A program made the position numbers and the translations under genes. DNA of 64,000 nt, taken from Candidatus Eiseniibacteriota bacterium. GTDB taxonomy: Bacteria > Eisenbacteria > RBG-16-71-46 > JABDJR01. The notes beneath the pieces are model-generated. The model searched no databases and had not been told where the DNA came from. It worked only from the letters and a program-made list of their open reading frames with translations. Position 1 is the stretch's first letter; each line of letters opens with the position of its first letter. This document shows, one piece after another, positions 40,743-50,603 of the stretch. The stretch spans positions 96,001 through 160,000 of the forward strand of contig CAWANH010000029.1 in NCBI GenBank assembly GCA_963783375.1, written 5' to 3'.

Positions 40743-43700
40743 ATGAACAGACGTCTTGCACGGGTTGCAGGGATCGCGGTCGCGACGCTCGCGCTGGCGG
40801 CTCTCACCCCCCTCCGCTCCCGGGCCGCGGTGACGGGGCCGGTGACCACCCTGGTCGAAGAGGCTCCCGGCGCGATTCGCTTCGAGGTGACCTTCGACCC
40901 TCCCCGGTGGGAAGAGACGACCCTGAACGGGGTCGACTATCGCTTCCCGAGCTGGCCGACCCTGCCCGGAACCGGCGATTCCGGAGATCCCGCTCTGCCG
41001 CTCACCGTGGTCCGGGTGGCCGTCCCCCCCGGCGCGGTCTCGGTGAGCGCCGCCACCCGGGAGCGGGGGCGGGCGATGGGGGTCCGGTTCCCTCCGGTGA
41101 CGAGCTACCAGCCGATCGATCCCCGGACGCGGCTTCGCGATCCCATGGTGTTGCACACCGAATCGGTGGAAGGGCCGCTCTTCACCGCCGACCGGGCTCT
41201 TCCCCCGGCCGAGATCCTCTCCGACGGGATCGAGCGCGGGGTTCGGATCCTGAACGTGGGCGTGCGGCCGGTGAGTTTCGACCCGGCCACCGGGTCCGCG
41301 GTGTGGGCGAGCGCGGTGACGGTGACCGTGAGCCTCCCTCCGGGCGCGGCGGCGCTGCCCGCGCGACCGGCGGTGGACCGGGTGGGGCAGGCGTCGTTCG
41401 AACGGGACCTGGTGAACCCCCGGGACGCTGCCCGCTGGTCGGGGGCGGCGGCCGACGAGGCGCCCGCGCTTCCCACCGCCACCGGCGTCCCTGCCACGTG
41501 GTTCGACGACGCCGACGGGTGGGCCAAGATCCGGATCGAATCCAACGGGGTTTACCGGTTGGATCGGAACGTGCTCGAGAACATGGGGGTGCCGGTCGGC
41601 ACCGTCGACCCGCGCACCTTCCGGCTCTTCGCCGGCCCCCTGGTGCCGCACCTGGCCTGGACCGATCTGGGTTGGGTCGGCAATCGCCCGGTCTGGCAGC
41701 ACGTCTACCAGCGCCCGGAGTTCGCCCAGGGATTCGACGGCGGGTTCGGTGAGATCCCCATGCTGGTTCGGGGGAACCTGGACGACGGCACGATGGACGC
41801 CTCCGACGCCCTCGTGTTCTACGCGCTCGGCCCGGACAATTACCGCGAGCGCTTCGGCCTCGCCCCCGACTCGACCGGCGAATACGTCATGAACCCCTAT
41901 ACCTCCCAGACCGTCTACTGGCTGGCCTGGGGAGGGGACTTCGCCGGTTCGCCCCGGCGCATGGCGGTCGAGGACGCGACCCCGGCCCCGGGGGCGCCGG
42001 TGGTGACCGACGGCCGGACGCGCATCCACTTCGAGAACATCAAGAACCGCGACAGCATCTACGACCCCTCGATGTACGACGGCGGCTATCCGTGGCCGCA
42101 GTGGTTCTGGGCCTCGATCTCCACCTCCAATCCCGCGGGCCAGGGATTCCTCCTGAACCTGCCCCAGGCCCTTTCCGGCTCCACCTTCGACGTCAGGATC
42201 CGCCTGTGGGGTTCGCAGGTTCCCCTCGCCGGGGGGGGCACCCTGGAAGAGGCGCGCCACCACGTCCACGTCAGGGTGAACAGCGTGGATCTGGGAACCC
42301 CGGCCTGGGGGGGCAGCTTCTTCACCTCGTTCACCCATCTTGACGTCACCGGCGAGGGCATCCCCACCGGCACTCCCGACACCCTCAAGCTGGTGGTGCC
42401 GCAGGTAGGGACCAACCCCGACCGCTACGATCAGGTCTACCTCACCTGGGTCGACGCAACCTATACGCGCCGGTTCGACGCCGGGGGGAACCCGGCGGAG
42501 TTCTCGGTCGGTGCCGGGGAATCGGGGCGGATGGTGCGGGTGTCCCGCCCGCCCTCCGGCGCCCCGCTGGTGCTCGACGTCACCGATCCGCGAAATCCGC
42601 GCCGGCTCACCGGGGTCCGGATCTCGGGATCGGGGACGGGAGCGATCGGGGAGTTCGCGGTCGGTTCGGACGCGGCCCGGACGGTGGCGGTGGCCTCGGA
42701 CGACGATCTCCTGACCCCCGCCGCCGGCTCCTATCGGGACGATCCGCCGGCGGGGGAGAACGGAAGCCCGACCTGGCTCCGGGACGCGACCTCCGCCGTG
42801 GACTACGTCCTGGTGGTGGGGGACGGATTCGAGGACGCGGCGGAGGTTCTCGCCCAGTGGAGGCGGAACAACCTTCTCGGCATCACCGAAAGCCGTCCCG
42901 CCAGGGTCCAGGTGGTCCGGGTGAGCGACATCATGGACGAGTTCACCTGGGGGATGTGGGACCCCATCGCCATCCGCTACTTCCTGGAGTACATGTACCG
43001 GTACTACGGACCCGGTGAGGACCGGCTCTCCTACTGCGTCTTCCTGGGGGACCACACCTACGATCCGCGGGACTTCCACCAGAACGGGATCCCCGACATC
43101 GTGCCTTCCTGGGAAGACAACCGGAGCGGCATCTCCGACATCCGGTACGGAAACATCCAGTACGCCACCGACGATCCCCTGGCCCGGTTCGACGGCTACG
43201 ACAGCGGACTCTACGACAACTACACCGATCTGATCCTGGGGCGGATCCCCGCCCGGACCGCGGCCGAGCTCCGGGGCGTCATCGAACAGAAGATCAAGCG
43301 GGCGGAGGAAGCCCCGTCCTACGGACCCTGGCGGACCAAGGCGATCCTGATCGCCGACGACAACTGCCAGGGACGCGACTCCGACTCGGCGGGGTCGACC
43401 CACATGCCGATCTCCGAGGAGGTGGACGCGGTCATCCCTTTCGTTTTCGATCGATCCAAGGTATACCTGTACGAATACGGGGAAACCTGCACCTATGACT
43501 CCAAGCCGGCGGCCAAGCGGGCGCTCCTGGACGCCTGGGACGACGGAGCCTGGCTGGTGAACTACGTCGGCCACGGCGGAAACGTGGTCATGGCCGATGA
43601 GCACGTGTTCGACGTAGCCGACGTGCCCGTTCTCACCAACGACGGGCGCCTTCCGGTGCTCGGGGCCTTCTCCTGCAGCGTGGGCAAGTTCAACAAAGCG

Positions 43701-44996
43701 ACGCAGGAAGGGATAGGCGAGGCGTTGGTTCTCCAGCCCCGGACCGGAACCATCGTCTCCGCCGCCGCCACCCACCTCACCAGCCCCGGGAACAACAAGC
43801 TCCTGAACAAGGATTTCATGCGCCGGCTCTTCCCCGGGGGGAACCCGGTGCCGCCGGTCCCCATCGGGGCCGCGCTCATGGAGGCCAAGCGCCTCCAGGC
43901 CAACGAGAACGACCGGTACATCTGTCTGGGGGATCCGGCCAGCCGGTTGAACGTGCCGGGGTCCGAGCTTGCGGTGACCGGCCCCGATACCCTGAAGGCC
44001 GGGGTCACCCCCGAGTTCTCGGTCCGCCGGGAAGACGGCGCGGGGACCGGCGGGACGCTGGACGTCCTGGCCCAGGGCCCGATGATCCTTCGCTCCAAGA
44101 ACTCCCAGGGGCAGCCGATCCCCGGCTTCGCCGCCGGATCCGGGTACCGGCTTCCCGGGGCGAGATTGTTCAGCGGGCGGTCGGCGATCGCCGGGGACAG
44201 CGCATCGGTGGCCTTCACCGTGCCGCGCTCGATCCGCGACGGCCAGGACGCGCGGGTGCGGATCTACGGTTCGGGAACCGGTTGGGACGGGGCGGGGATC
44301 GTCGGTCCGCTGCCCACCGATCCCCGCTCGACCGGGGCGGTGGACGACACCACCGGCCCGACCCTGAGCTTCAGCTCGCCCTCCACCGAGGTGTCGGCCG
44401 GCGACGAGATGGAGCTCCGGCTCGAGGACCCGTCGGGGATCAACCTCACCCGGGCGTTTCCGGTGTTCTCCATCCTGCTCAAGGTCTTCGATCCCGACGG
44501 GCGGGAACTCCTGCGTCTGGACCTGACCGACCGGTTCCAGTACGACGAGGGGAGCCACACCCGGGGCCGGGTGGTCTTCAACGTTCCCGATCTCGTCCCC
44601 GGGACCTACGACTTCGTGGTGACCGCGGCGGACAACAACGGGTTCACCTCCCGATTGACCGCCACCTTCCAGCTGGGCGCCGCCGCGCGGGGGGCGGCGT
44701 TCTCGGGCGTGCTGGCCTATCCGAACCCGTTCGACCCCGAGCGGGAATCCACCCGGGTCATGTTCACCCTGAACCGGGGGGCCAAGGTCACCGCGCGGGT
44801 CTACTCGGTGGCCGGGCGCCTGGTCTGGACGGACGAGAAGACGGTCTCCGCGGGGCCCAACGCCTTCCTGTGGAACGGGAGGGACCGGGGCGGGGACCGG
44901 GTGGCCAACGGGGTCTACCTGGTCCAGCTCGACGCCCGTCCGAGCGCGGGGGGAGGCCGCGCCAAGCATCTGGAGCGGGTCGTCGTCCTCCGGTGA
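40743..44996 (+). CDS. porU: C25 (gingipain-family) cysteine peptidase, PorU-like type IX secretion sortase, with C-terminal FlgD-Ig/T9SS domain (1417 aa)
   Basis: Signal peptide; C25 propeptide-like region; WAKIRIESNGVYRL, NPYT..TVYWL, IMDEF, LGD..YD, GRIPA; catalytic NYVGHG and FSCSVG; LGDPA; DTTGP..LEDPSGIN; YPNPF..GVYLV; lies directly upstream of porV. Confidence 0.85.
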   Translation: MNRRLARVAGIAVATLALAALTPLRSRAAVTGPVTTLVEEAPGAIRFEVTFDPPRWEETTLNGVDYRFPSWPTLPGTGDSGDPALPLTVVRVAVPPGAVSVSAATRERGRAMGVRFPPVTSYQPIDPRTRLRDPMVLHTESVEGPLFTADRALPPAEILSDGIERGVRILNVGVRPVSFDPATGSAVWASAVTVTVSLPPGAAALPARPAVDRVGQASFERDLVNPRDAARWSGAAADEAPALPTATGVPATWFDDADGWAKIRIESNGVYRLDRNVLENMGVPVGTVDPRTFRLFAGPLVPHLAWTDLGWVGNRPVWQHVYQRPEFAQGFDGGFGEIPMLVRGNLDDGTMDASDALVFYALGPDNYRERFGLAPDSTGEYVMNPYTSQTVYWLAWGGDFAGSPRRMAVEDATPAPGAPVVTDGRTRIHFENIKNRDSIYDPSMYDGGYPWPQWFWASISTSNPAGQGFLLNLPQALSGSTFDVRIRLWGSQVPLAGGGTLEEARHHVHVRVNSVDLGTPAWGGSFFTSFTHLDVTGEGIPTGTPDTLKLVVPQVGTNPDRYDQVYLTWVDATYTRRFDAGGNPAEFSVGAGESGRMVRVSRPPSGAPLVLDVTDPRNPRRLTGVRISGSGTGAIGEFAVGSDAARTVAVASDDDLLTPAAGSYRDDPPAGENGSPTWLRDATSAVDYVLVVGDGFEDAAEVLAQWRRNNLLGITESRPARVQVVRVSDIMDEFTWGMWDPIAIRYFLEYMYRYYGPGEDRLSYCVFLGDHTYDPRDFHQNGIPDIVPSWEDNRSGISDIRYGNIQYATDDPLARFDGYDSGLYDNYTDLILGRIPARTAAELRGVIEQKIKRAEEAPSYGPWRTKAILIADDNCQGRDSDSAGSTHMPISEEVDAVIPFVFDRSKVYLYEYGETCTYDSKPAAKRALLDAWDDGAWLVNYVGHGGNVVMADEHVFDVADVPVLTNDGRLPVLGAFSCSVGKFNKATQEGIGEALVLQPRTGTIVSAAATHLTSPGNNKLLNKDFMRRLFPGGNPVPPVPIGAALMEAKRLQANENDRYICLGDPASRLNVPGSELAVTGPDTLKAGVTPEFSVRREDGAGTGGTLDVLAQGPMILRSKNSQGQPIPGFAAGSGYRLPGARLFSGRSAIAGDSASVAFTVPRSIRDGQDARVRIYGSGTGWDGAGIVGPLPTDPRSTGAVDDTTGPTLSFSSPSTEVSAGDEMELRLEDPSGINLTRAFPVFSILLKVFDPDGRELLRLDLTDRFQYDEGSHTRGRVVFNVPDLVPGTYDFVVTAADNNGFTSRLTATFQLGAAARGAAFSGVLAYPNPFDPERESTRVMFTLNRGAKVTARVYSVAGRLVWTDEKTVSAGPNAFLWNGRDRGGDRVANGVYLVQLDARPSAGGGRAKHLERVVVLR

Positions 44997-45175
44997 TGCC
45001 GACAAATGGTTGTCGGGCAAGGAAATGGCAGGTTCGCTCTGGACCCGGTCGGCGGACCTCTGGTAGGCTCTCCGGCCGCCGCCCTACGGCAACCTTTTGG
45101 GAACCCGGCGTCCCCGCCAGGGTTCAACCAGCCAGTCCGGGGCACCGTTGTGCCCCGCCCAGGAGGACCGCGCCC

Positions 45176-46237
45176 ATGAGACTCTGGTACCGTCTAGCCC
45201 GCCCCCTCGCCGTAGCCGTCGTGCTCGTCACCGCCCTGGCCCCGGCCACCGCCTTCGCCGGGAGCACCGCGGGAGCGGCCTCGCTCCAGATCCCCCCCGA
45301 CGCCCGCGCCGAGGGGATGGGTCGGTTCTTCAACGCCGTCGCCGACGACGCCTTCGCCCCCTGGTGGAACCCGGCCGGCCTCGCCTTCCTGAAGGGCTGG
45401 AACGCCGGCCTCATGCACGCCAAGCTCGTGCCCGGTCTGGCCGACGACGTCTACTACGAGTACCTCGGGGTCACCAACAGCGTCCAGGGATGGGGCGGGG
45501 TGGCCGGCACCTTCACCTACCTGAACTACGGGACCAGCCAGGCCACCAATCCCGGGTCCTCGGAAGCCATCGGCACCTTTTCCTCCTACGAGTTCTCCCC
45601 CTCGATCGCGCTCGGAACCACCATCCTTCCCAACGTCGGCGTGGGGGCGAATCTGAAGCTGATCCACGTGAGCCTCGCCCCCGAGCAGTACGCCGGCCAG
45701 GGCGCGGGCAGCGGAACCAGCTTCGCCGTGGACCTGGGCGGCCTGTACCGGATGCAGCACCAGTCCGACAACATCTTCGGGATGGGCGCGGGAACCATGA
45801 GCCTCGGCCTCGGGGCCACCGTGGCCAACCTCGGTCCCGACATCTCCCTCACCCAGGGAAAGAAGTCCGACCCCATGCCCCGGAATCTCAAGGTCGGCGT
45901 GGCCCTGGGCGCGAAGATCCCCGAGTCCTACTCCTTCCTGGCCGGGTTCTCGGTCGAGAAGAACCTGGTGTTCAGCGACATTCCGGACAGCATCCGCGCC
46001 AAGCTCAACTTCGCCGACAAGCACGACGTGATCATGAGCGGAGGGTTCGAAGTCGGTCTCATGGACCTGGTGTTCGGCCGCGTCGGCTACATCTACGACG
46101 ACCCGGGCGAGATCAAGAACTGGACCTTCGGGGCCGGTTTCCACCTGAAGGAGTTCGGGCTCGACTTCGCGTCGATCCCCCAGGCCAAGGACCTGGACCG
46201 GGTGAGCAAGATCTCGCTGGTCGCGGCGTTTGATTGA
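45176..46237 (+). CDS. porV: PorV/PorQ-family outer-membrane beta-barrel (T9SS shuttle)
   Basis: RBS AGGAGG; signal peptide; LQIPPDARAEGMG, WWNPAGLA, LVPGLADDVYYEY, YLNYG, FAVDLG, NLGP..DPMPRNLKVG, GRVGY..TFGAG. Confidence 0.85.
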   Translation: MRLWYRLARPLAVAVVLVTALAPATAFAGSTAGAASLQIPPDARAEGMGRFFNAVADDAFAPWWNPAGLAFLKGWNAGLMHAKLVPGLADDVYYEYLGVTNSVQGWGGVAGTFTYLNYGTSQATNPGSSEAIGTFSSYEFSPSIALGTTILPNVGVGANLKLIHVSLAPEQYAGQGAGSGTSFAVDLGGLYRMQHQSDNIFGMGAGTMSLGLGATVANLGPDISLTQGKKSDPMPRNLKVGVALGAKIPESYSFLAGFSVEKNLVFSDIPDSIRAKLNFADKHDVIMSGGFEVGLMDLVFGRVGYIYDDPGEIKNWTFGAGFHLKEFGLDFASIPQAKDLDRVSKISLVAAFD

Positions 46238-49200
46238 GAGGGTTCGCCCCGGGGCCCGGTTCGCGGTAATCGTCCTGGGGCTCCTCGTCCCGGTCCTGGC
46301 CGGGGCCGACACGCCGCGACACCTGGTGGTGGTGGGCCGGTCGCACGACGCTCACTCCCGGGCGGAGCGGCTGGTCACCCTCGAGGCCCCGGCAGGCCGC
46401 AAGCCGGCGCCGCGGGGATCCGGGACCGCCCTCGAACCGCGGGCTTTCCCCCACGACCTCTTCCAGCCCGGGGCCGCGCGCCCCTTCCTCCGGCCGGTTC
46501 GCGAGCTCCTGCGGGACGGCCTGGCCGCCGCCGCCGCCGATCCCGGCCCCGACACCGTCCGGGTGGCCCTCATGCGGGTGGACTTCCGGAAGGATTCCCG
46601 CGGGGCGACCACCACCACGACCGACGGGCGCTTCGATCTCCGGACCGGGACCGGCGCGCTGGTCGATCCTCCCCCCCACAACAAGGCCTACTTCGAAGCC
46701 CACGCCCGCGCCCTGGCCGCCTACTACCTGGCCCAGTCCTACGGGAGCATGGTGATCGAGATCACGGTGTTCCCGGCGGAGGAGGACAGCGCCTACCACC
46801 TTTCCGACACCGGGGACTACGGCCCGTGGGAGGTGGCCCAGAACGCCGAGGTGGTGGCCAACGCCAGCCGCCTGGTCATCGACGCGGTGACCGCCGCGGC
46901 GACGAGCGGCGACTTCCGGTTCGACGACTTCGACGCCTACGTGGTGGCCCACGCCGGGGCCGATTACCAGAGCGACGTGAACCGGGACACCCCCGACGAC
47001 ATTCCCACCTTCACCCTGAGTCTGGCCGATTCCATCACGACCGGGACCGGGAAGGTGGGGCGGGTGCTGGTGCTTCCCGAGACCTCGGTTCAGGATGACT
47101 ATCTCGGGGCGTTGAACGGGACCTTCGCCCATGAGTTCGGCCACGTGCTGGGGCTCCCGGATCTCTACAACATCTGCAACGGGCTCCCCCAGGTCGGGTG
47201 GTGGAGCCTCATGGACAGCGGGGAGAACATCCGCTCCATCATCGCCGACGTGGCCGACGGGGACACCCTGGAGTACGAGGCGGCCGGGGTCTTTCCCACC
47301 AGCTTCGACCCCTGGTGCAAGCTCCAGCTCTTCCCCAAGGCGGTGGCCCCCCTCATGATCGGGGAAACCTGGCAGCAGGCGATGGAGGCGGTGGAGCTGA
47401 ACCCCCACATTCCCTACGTCTCCCTCGATCCCACCGAGACCTTCCTGATCGAGAACCGGGCGCTGGACCTGGACGGGAACGGGTTCCCCTACGTGCGCGC
47501 GGACTCCACCACCGGGGTTTTCCTGGGCCCGGTGGACGATCCCGAAGGCTCGGATCCGGTCGGCCACCTGGAGTACGACGCGGTGCTCCCGGGCGAGGGC
47601 ATCCTCATCTGGCACGTGGACGACAAGATTTTGGGCCCGGCCCTGGCCGGCCAGGACCTGGGGGACGGCTGCCCGGGGGGCATCAACCTCTACACCGGCT
47701 TCCGGGGGCTCTCGGTGGTCGAGGCCGACGGGATCTCCGACCTGGGGCGTCCGGCGCTGCTTCGCTACCTGGGGAGTCCCGAGGATCCGTTCTTCCTGGA
47801 CAACAACCCGCTCTTCGCGCCCGGCACCGTGCCCGGGACCGCGGCCAACGACGGCGCCTGGACCGGGATCCGGGTGGAGATCACCTCCAACCCGGGCCGG
47901 GTGATGGGGATCAAGATCGAGCGCCCCCTGGCCCGGGACGGCTGGCCGCGGCTCCTGCCCTATGACGACGAGGTGAAGAGCAACGTGGGGAAGCTCGCGG
48001 TGCTCGACCTCGACTCCGCGACCGGCGGCTCGAGCCCCGAGGTTCTCTTCACCCTCGACCAGTCGCGCACCGGTCCTCCCCCCGCCACCTTCCGCGGCCT
48101 GGGAGCGGTCCGCGCCGACGCCACCCCCTACGTGGACACTCTCTTCGCCCGGGCCAACGCCCGCATCCTGGGGATGGCCGTCTCGTCGTCTTTCGTGTTC
48201 GGCGCGGGGCGGCCCGGGGAACGGGTGATCGCGCTGACCGTGAACGGCGGCGCGGTGGAGCTCTACCAGCCCGGCGGACGGCCGCTCATCCGGGTGGCGG
48301 GGCCGAACGTGACCCGGCCGGCCCAGACCCCGCCGGTGATCTTCCTTCGTGGGAGCGACTCCAGCCTGATCCTGTACGGCACGCAGGCCGGGCTGGTCGC
48401 CCTGCGTCCCCAGGACGGAACGGCGGCCTACGAGACCCAATCCTGGCCGGTCACCGGCACCGCGGGGGCGATTCCCGTGGGCGCGCCGGTCGTCACCCCC
48501 TACCGCACCTACTCACTTCCGCTGGGTCCGCCGGGGCCGTCGACTCCGCCTCCCCAGGTCGCCGCCCAGGCCTACGCCGGCGGCCGGGTCGAGTTCTTCG
48601 ATCTCAATCAACCCGGAACCACCCCCTCGTCCCACCGGTTCTCGACCGAGGTGGCCCACATCCTGGGCGCCAACTGGCCCTCCGTCGACTCCGGTCTTCT
48701 GGACCCGAACCTGTCCGGCTTCGGCGATGCCTTCGCGGTGTTCACCGCGGACACCGTGGCGGTGATGAACGGGAACATCGTCACCGCCTGGAAGCTCCCC
48801 GCGCCGGTCAGCGTCCCGCCGGTCCTGGGCGACCTGGACGGGGACGGCGAAGTCGAGATCGTGGCGGTGACCGACGCCGGCGATCTCCTGGCCTGGAACC
48901 CCGACGGAAGCCCGGCGGTCGGGTGGCCGCGCCCGGTCGAGGCCCCGGTGCGGGACCTGAAGCTCGCCGACCTCGACGGGGACGGCGACCTGGACGTGCT
49001 GGTGCTGGATCACCATGGACGCTTCGTGGGACTCGACGGCCGGGGGAAGCTCCTTCCGGACTACCCCCGCGCCTTCGGCACCTATCCCGTACGCTTCGCC
49101 TGGTTGGCCGCGCTCGATCCCGCCGATCCGACCCGGGGGCTGACCTGGGTGGCCACCCTGGACAACGGGGCGCTGGTGGCCCAGCGTTTCCCCGAAGCCC

Positions 49201-49586
49201 GGGTGCTCACCGGCGATTGGCGGATGCCCGGCGGCCGCCCCGAGGGGGGAAACGTGCAGGAGCATTCCGTGCGGAGCATGGACGCCGCGGCCCCGGACCT
49301 GGGCAAGGACCGGTTGCTGGTCTATCCCAATCCCGCCCGGGGGGACGGGGTGGAGATCCGTTTTCTCCTCGACCCGGGAGAGACCGCCGACCTCACGATT
49401 CTGGATCTCACCGGCCGCGAGCTGGACGGGCCGCGGCTGGACAATCGCGGCGGATTCCACCCCGGGGAGAACGCGGTGCGCTGGACCCTGAACGGGGTGG
49501 CGCCGGGGCTCTACCTCTGTCGCCTGGAGCGGGAGGGGACCGGGGGAAAGCACGTGGATCTGGCCAAGATCGTGGTCGTGCGTTGA
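46230..49586 (+). CDS. M6 (immune inhibitor A-like) metalloprotease with FG-GAP repeats and C-terminal T9SS-type domain
   Basis: VAHAGAD, HEFGHVLGLPDLY, Met-turn WSLMDSG, DPWCK, FLIENR, GILIWHVD; GDLDGDG repeats; YPNP..GLYLCR..KIVVVR. Confidence 0.88.
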   Translation: MIERVRPGARFAVIVLGLLVPVLAGADTPRHLVVVGRSHDAHSRAERLVTLEAPAGRKPAPRGSGTALEPRAFPHDLFQPGAARPFLRPVRELLRDGLAAAAADPGPDTVRVALMRVDFRKDSRGATTTTTDGRFDLRTGTGALVDPPPHNKAYFEAHARALAAYYLAQSYGSMVIEITVFPAEEDSAYHLSDTGDYGPWEVAQNAEVVANASRLVIDAVTAAATSGDFRFDDFDAYVVAHAGADYQSDVNRDTPDDIPTFTLSLADSITTGTGKVGRVLVLPETSVQDDYLGALNGTFAHEFGHVLGLPDLYNICNGLPQVGWWSLMDSGENIRSIIADVADGDTLEYEAAGVFPTSFDPWCKLQLFPKAVAPLMIGETWQQAMEAVELNPHIPYVSLDPTETFLIENRALDLDGNGFPYVRADSTTGVFLGPVDDPEGSDPVGHLEYDAVLPGEGILIWHVDDKILGPALAGQDLGDGCPGGINLYTGFRGLSVVEADGISDLGRPALLRYLGSPEDPFFLDNNPLFAPGTVPGTAANDGAWTGIRVEITSNPGRVMGIKIERPLARDGWPRLLPYDDEVKSNVGKLAVLDLDSATGGSSPEVLFTLDQSRTGPPPATFRGLGAVRADATPYVDTLFARANARILGMAVSSSFVFGAGRPGERVIALTVNGGAVELYQPGGRPLIRVAGPNVTRPAQTPPVIFLRGSDSSLILYGTQAGLVALRPQDGTAAYETQSWPVTGTAGAIPVGAPVVTPYRTYSLPLGPPGPSTPPPQVAAQAYAGGRVEFFDLNQPGTTPSSHRFSTEVAHILGANWPSVDSGLLDPNLSGFGDAFAVFTADTVAVMNGNIVTAWKLPAPVSVPPVLGDLDGDGEVEIVAVTDAGDLLAWNPDGSPAVGWPRPVEAPVRDLKLADLDGDGDLDVLVLDHHGRFVGLDGRGKLLPDYPRAFGTYPVRFAWLAALDPADPTRGLTWVATLDNGALVAQRFPEARVLTGDWRMPGGRPEGGNVQEHSVRSMDAAAPDLGKDRLLVYPNPARGDGVEIRFLLDPGETADLTILDLTGRELDGPRLDNRGGFHPGENAVRWTLNGVAPGLYLCRLEREGTGGKHVDLAKIVVVR

Positions 49587-49678
49587 CCGGGATGGGCGAG
49601 GCGGTCCGGGGCCGCGAGCCGAATCCGCACTCCGGCCCGGTCGTGAAACCCCGGGCGATTCGAGGGGTATGGAACACC

Positions 49679-50506
49679 ATGAGACACTCCGGGATGAGAT
49701 CCTCGTGGATGGGGGCGGCGCTTCTGACCGGAGCGGCCCTGGTTCTCTCCGGGGCGCCCGCCGGGGCGGCGGACGACGGCGGCCGGCTCTATGCGGTCAT
49801 GGCCCGGGGGGACGCGCGGCCGGGGCTCGGGGCCGGGACGGCGCCGGAGCCCCGTTGGGGACCCTCGGAACTCGGCGGGGTGGGGGGCGCGCGGAGGGGC
49901 CGGTCGGTCTCCCCGGCGGTGGCCGGTTTCCTCTCCGCCCTGGTGCCGGGGGCGGGACAGCTCATCCAGGGCCAGTCCCGGGGGTGGGCCTACCTGGGGG
50001 TCGAGGGGGCGGCGTGGTTCTCGGTGCTCTCGCTTCACGACGCGGGGAATCAGGCGGAGACGGACTACCGGGCCTTCGCCGGGGACCCCAACGACACGCA
50101 CAGCCGGTGGGCCTTCCATCGCTACGAGACGGTGACCGACTGCGGGGAGGGGTTGGGCCCGGTGGACTTCGAGTCCGAGAGCGAGGCCATCCACCGGGTC
50201 TACGTGAACGCGCGGGACGACTACTTCGATGAGATCGGACGGCTCAACGTCTACGCCTGCGGATGGACCACCCAGGCCGACCGCGCGCGGTACCTGGGGA
50301 TGCGCTCCCACGCCGACGCGCTCTTCTCTTCCGCCCGATGGGTGGTGGGAGCGATGTTCCTGAACCACGTGGTGAGCGCGGTGGACGCGGCCAAGTCGGC
50401 TTCCAACCGGCGGAAGGCGGAGGCCGGGTTCTCCTGGGATTGGCGCGTGGCGCCCACCCCGCGCGGAGACCTGGCTTTCAACATGGAGCTCAGCCGCAGA
50501 TTCTGA
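49679..50506 (+). CDS. exported hypothetical protein, DUF5683-like (paralog 1)
   Basis: Signal peptide; FLSALVPGAGQL..YLGVE; YFDEIG..Y..GW; NHVVSAVDA; ends ...FNMELSRRF. Start uncertain (49679 or 49694). Confidence 0.7.
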   Translation: MRHSGMRSSWMGAALLTGAALVLSGAPAGAADDGGRLYAVMARGDARPGLGAGTAPEPRWGPSELGGVGGARRGRSVSPAVAGFLSALVPGAGQLIQGQSRGWAYLGVEGAAWFSVLSLHDAGNQAETDYRAFAGDPNDTHSRWAFHRYETVTDCGEGLGPVDFESESEAIHRVYVNARDDYFDEIGRLNVYACGWTTQADRARYLGMRSHADALFSSARWVVGAMFLNHVVSAVDAAKSASNRRKAEAGFSWDWRVAPTPRGDLAFNMELSRRF

Positions 50507-50603
50507 CCGGGATTCCCGAACTTTCCGGGCCTGTCGGACGCGCCGGGACTCATGGGCGTGCCGGCGCTTCCGGAATGACCTGCAACACGGAGAACAGATT
50601 GCC

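Noticed and set aside
40731-40747. TTGGCA-N7-TGAA sigma54-like motif at the porU start
   Set aside because: It overlaps the probable start codon, and a sigma70-like TTGACC-N18-TAGCCT at 40508-40537 is a more plausible promoter.
40701-45020. Very long antisense or alternate-frame ORFs (e.g. 40701-45020 -, 1798-5136 -, 52161-54575 -, 36928-39279 -, 16398-18623 +)
   Set aside because: They are shadow ORFs of real genes in GC-rich DNA: Arg/Gly/Pro-rich or antisense-typical composition, no motifs, and full overlap with well-supported CDSs.
46226-46237. PorV ends in ...AAFD instead of a terminal Phe; one extra T would give ...AAF*
   Set aside because: It could be another homopolymer error, but the ORF is complete as read and nothing independent supports a change.
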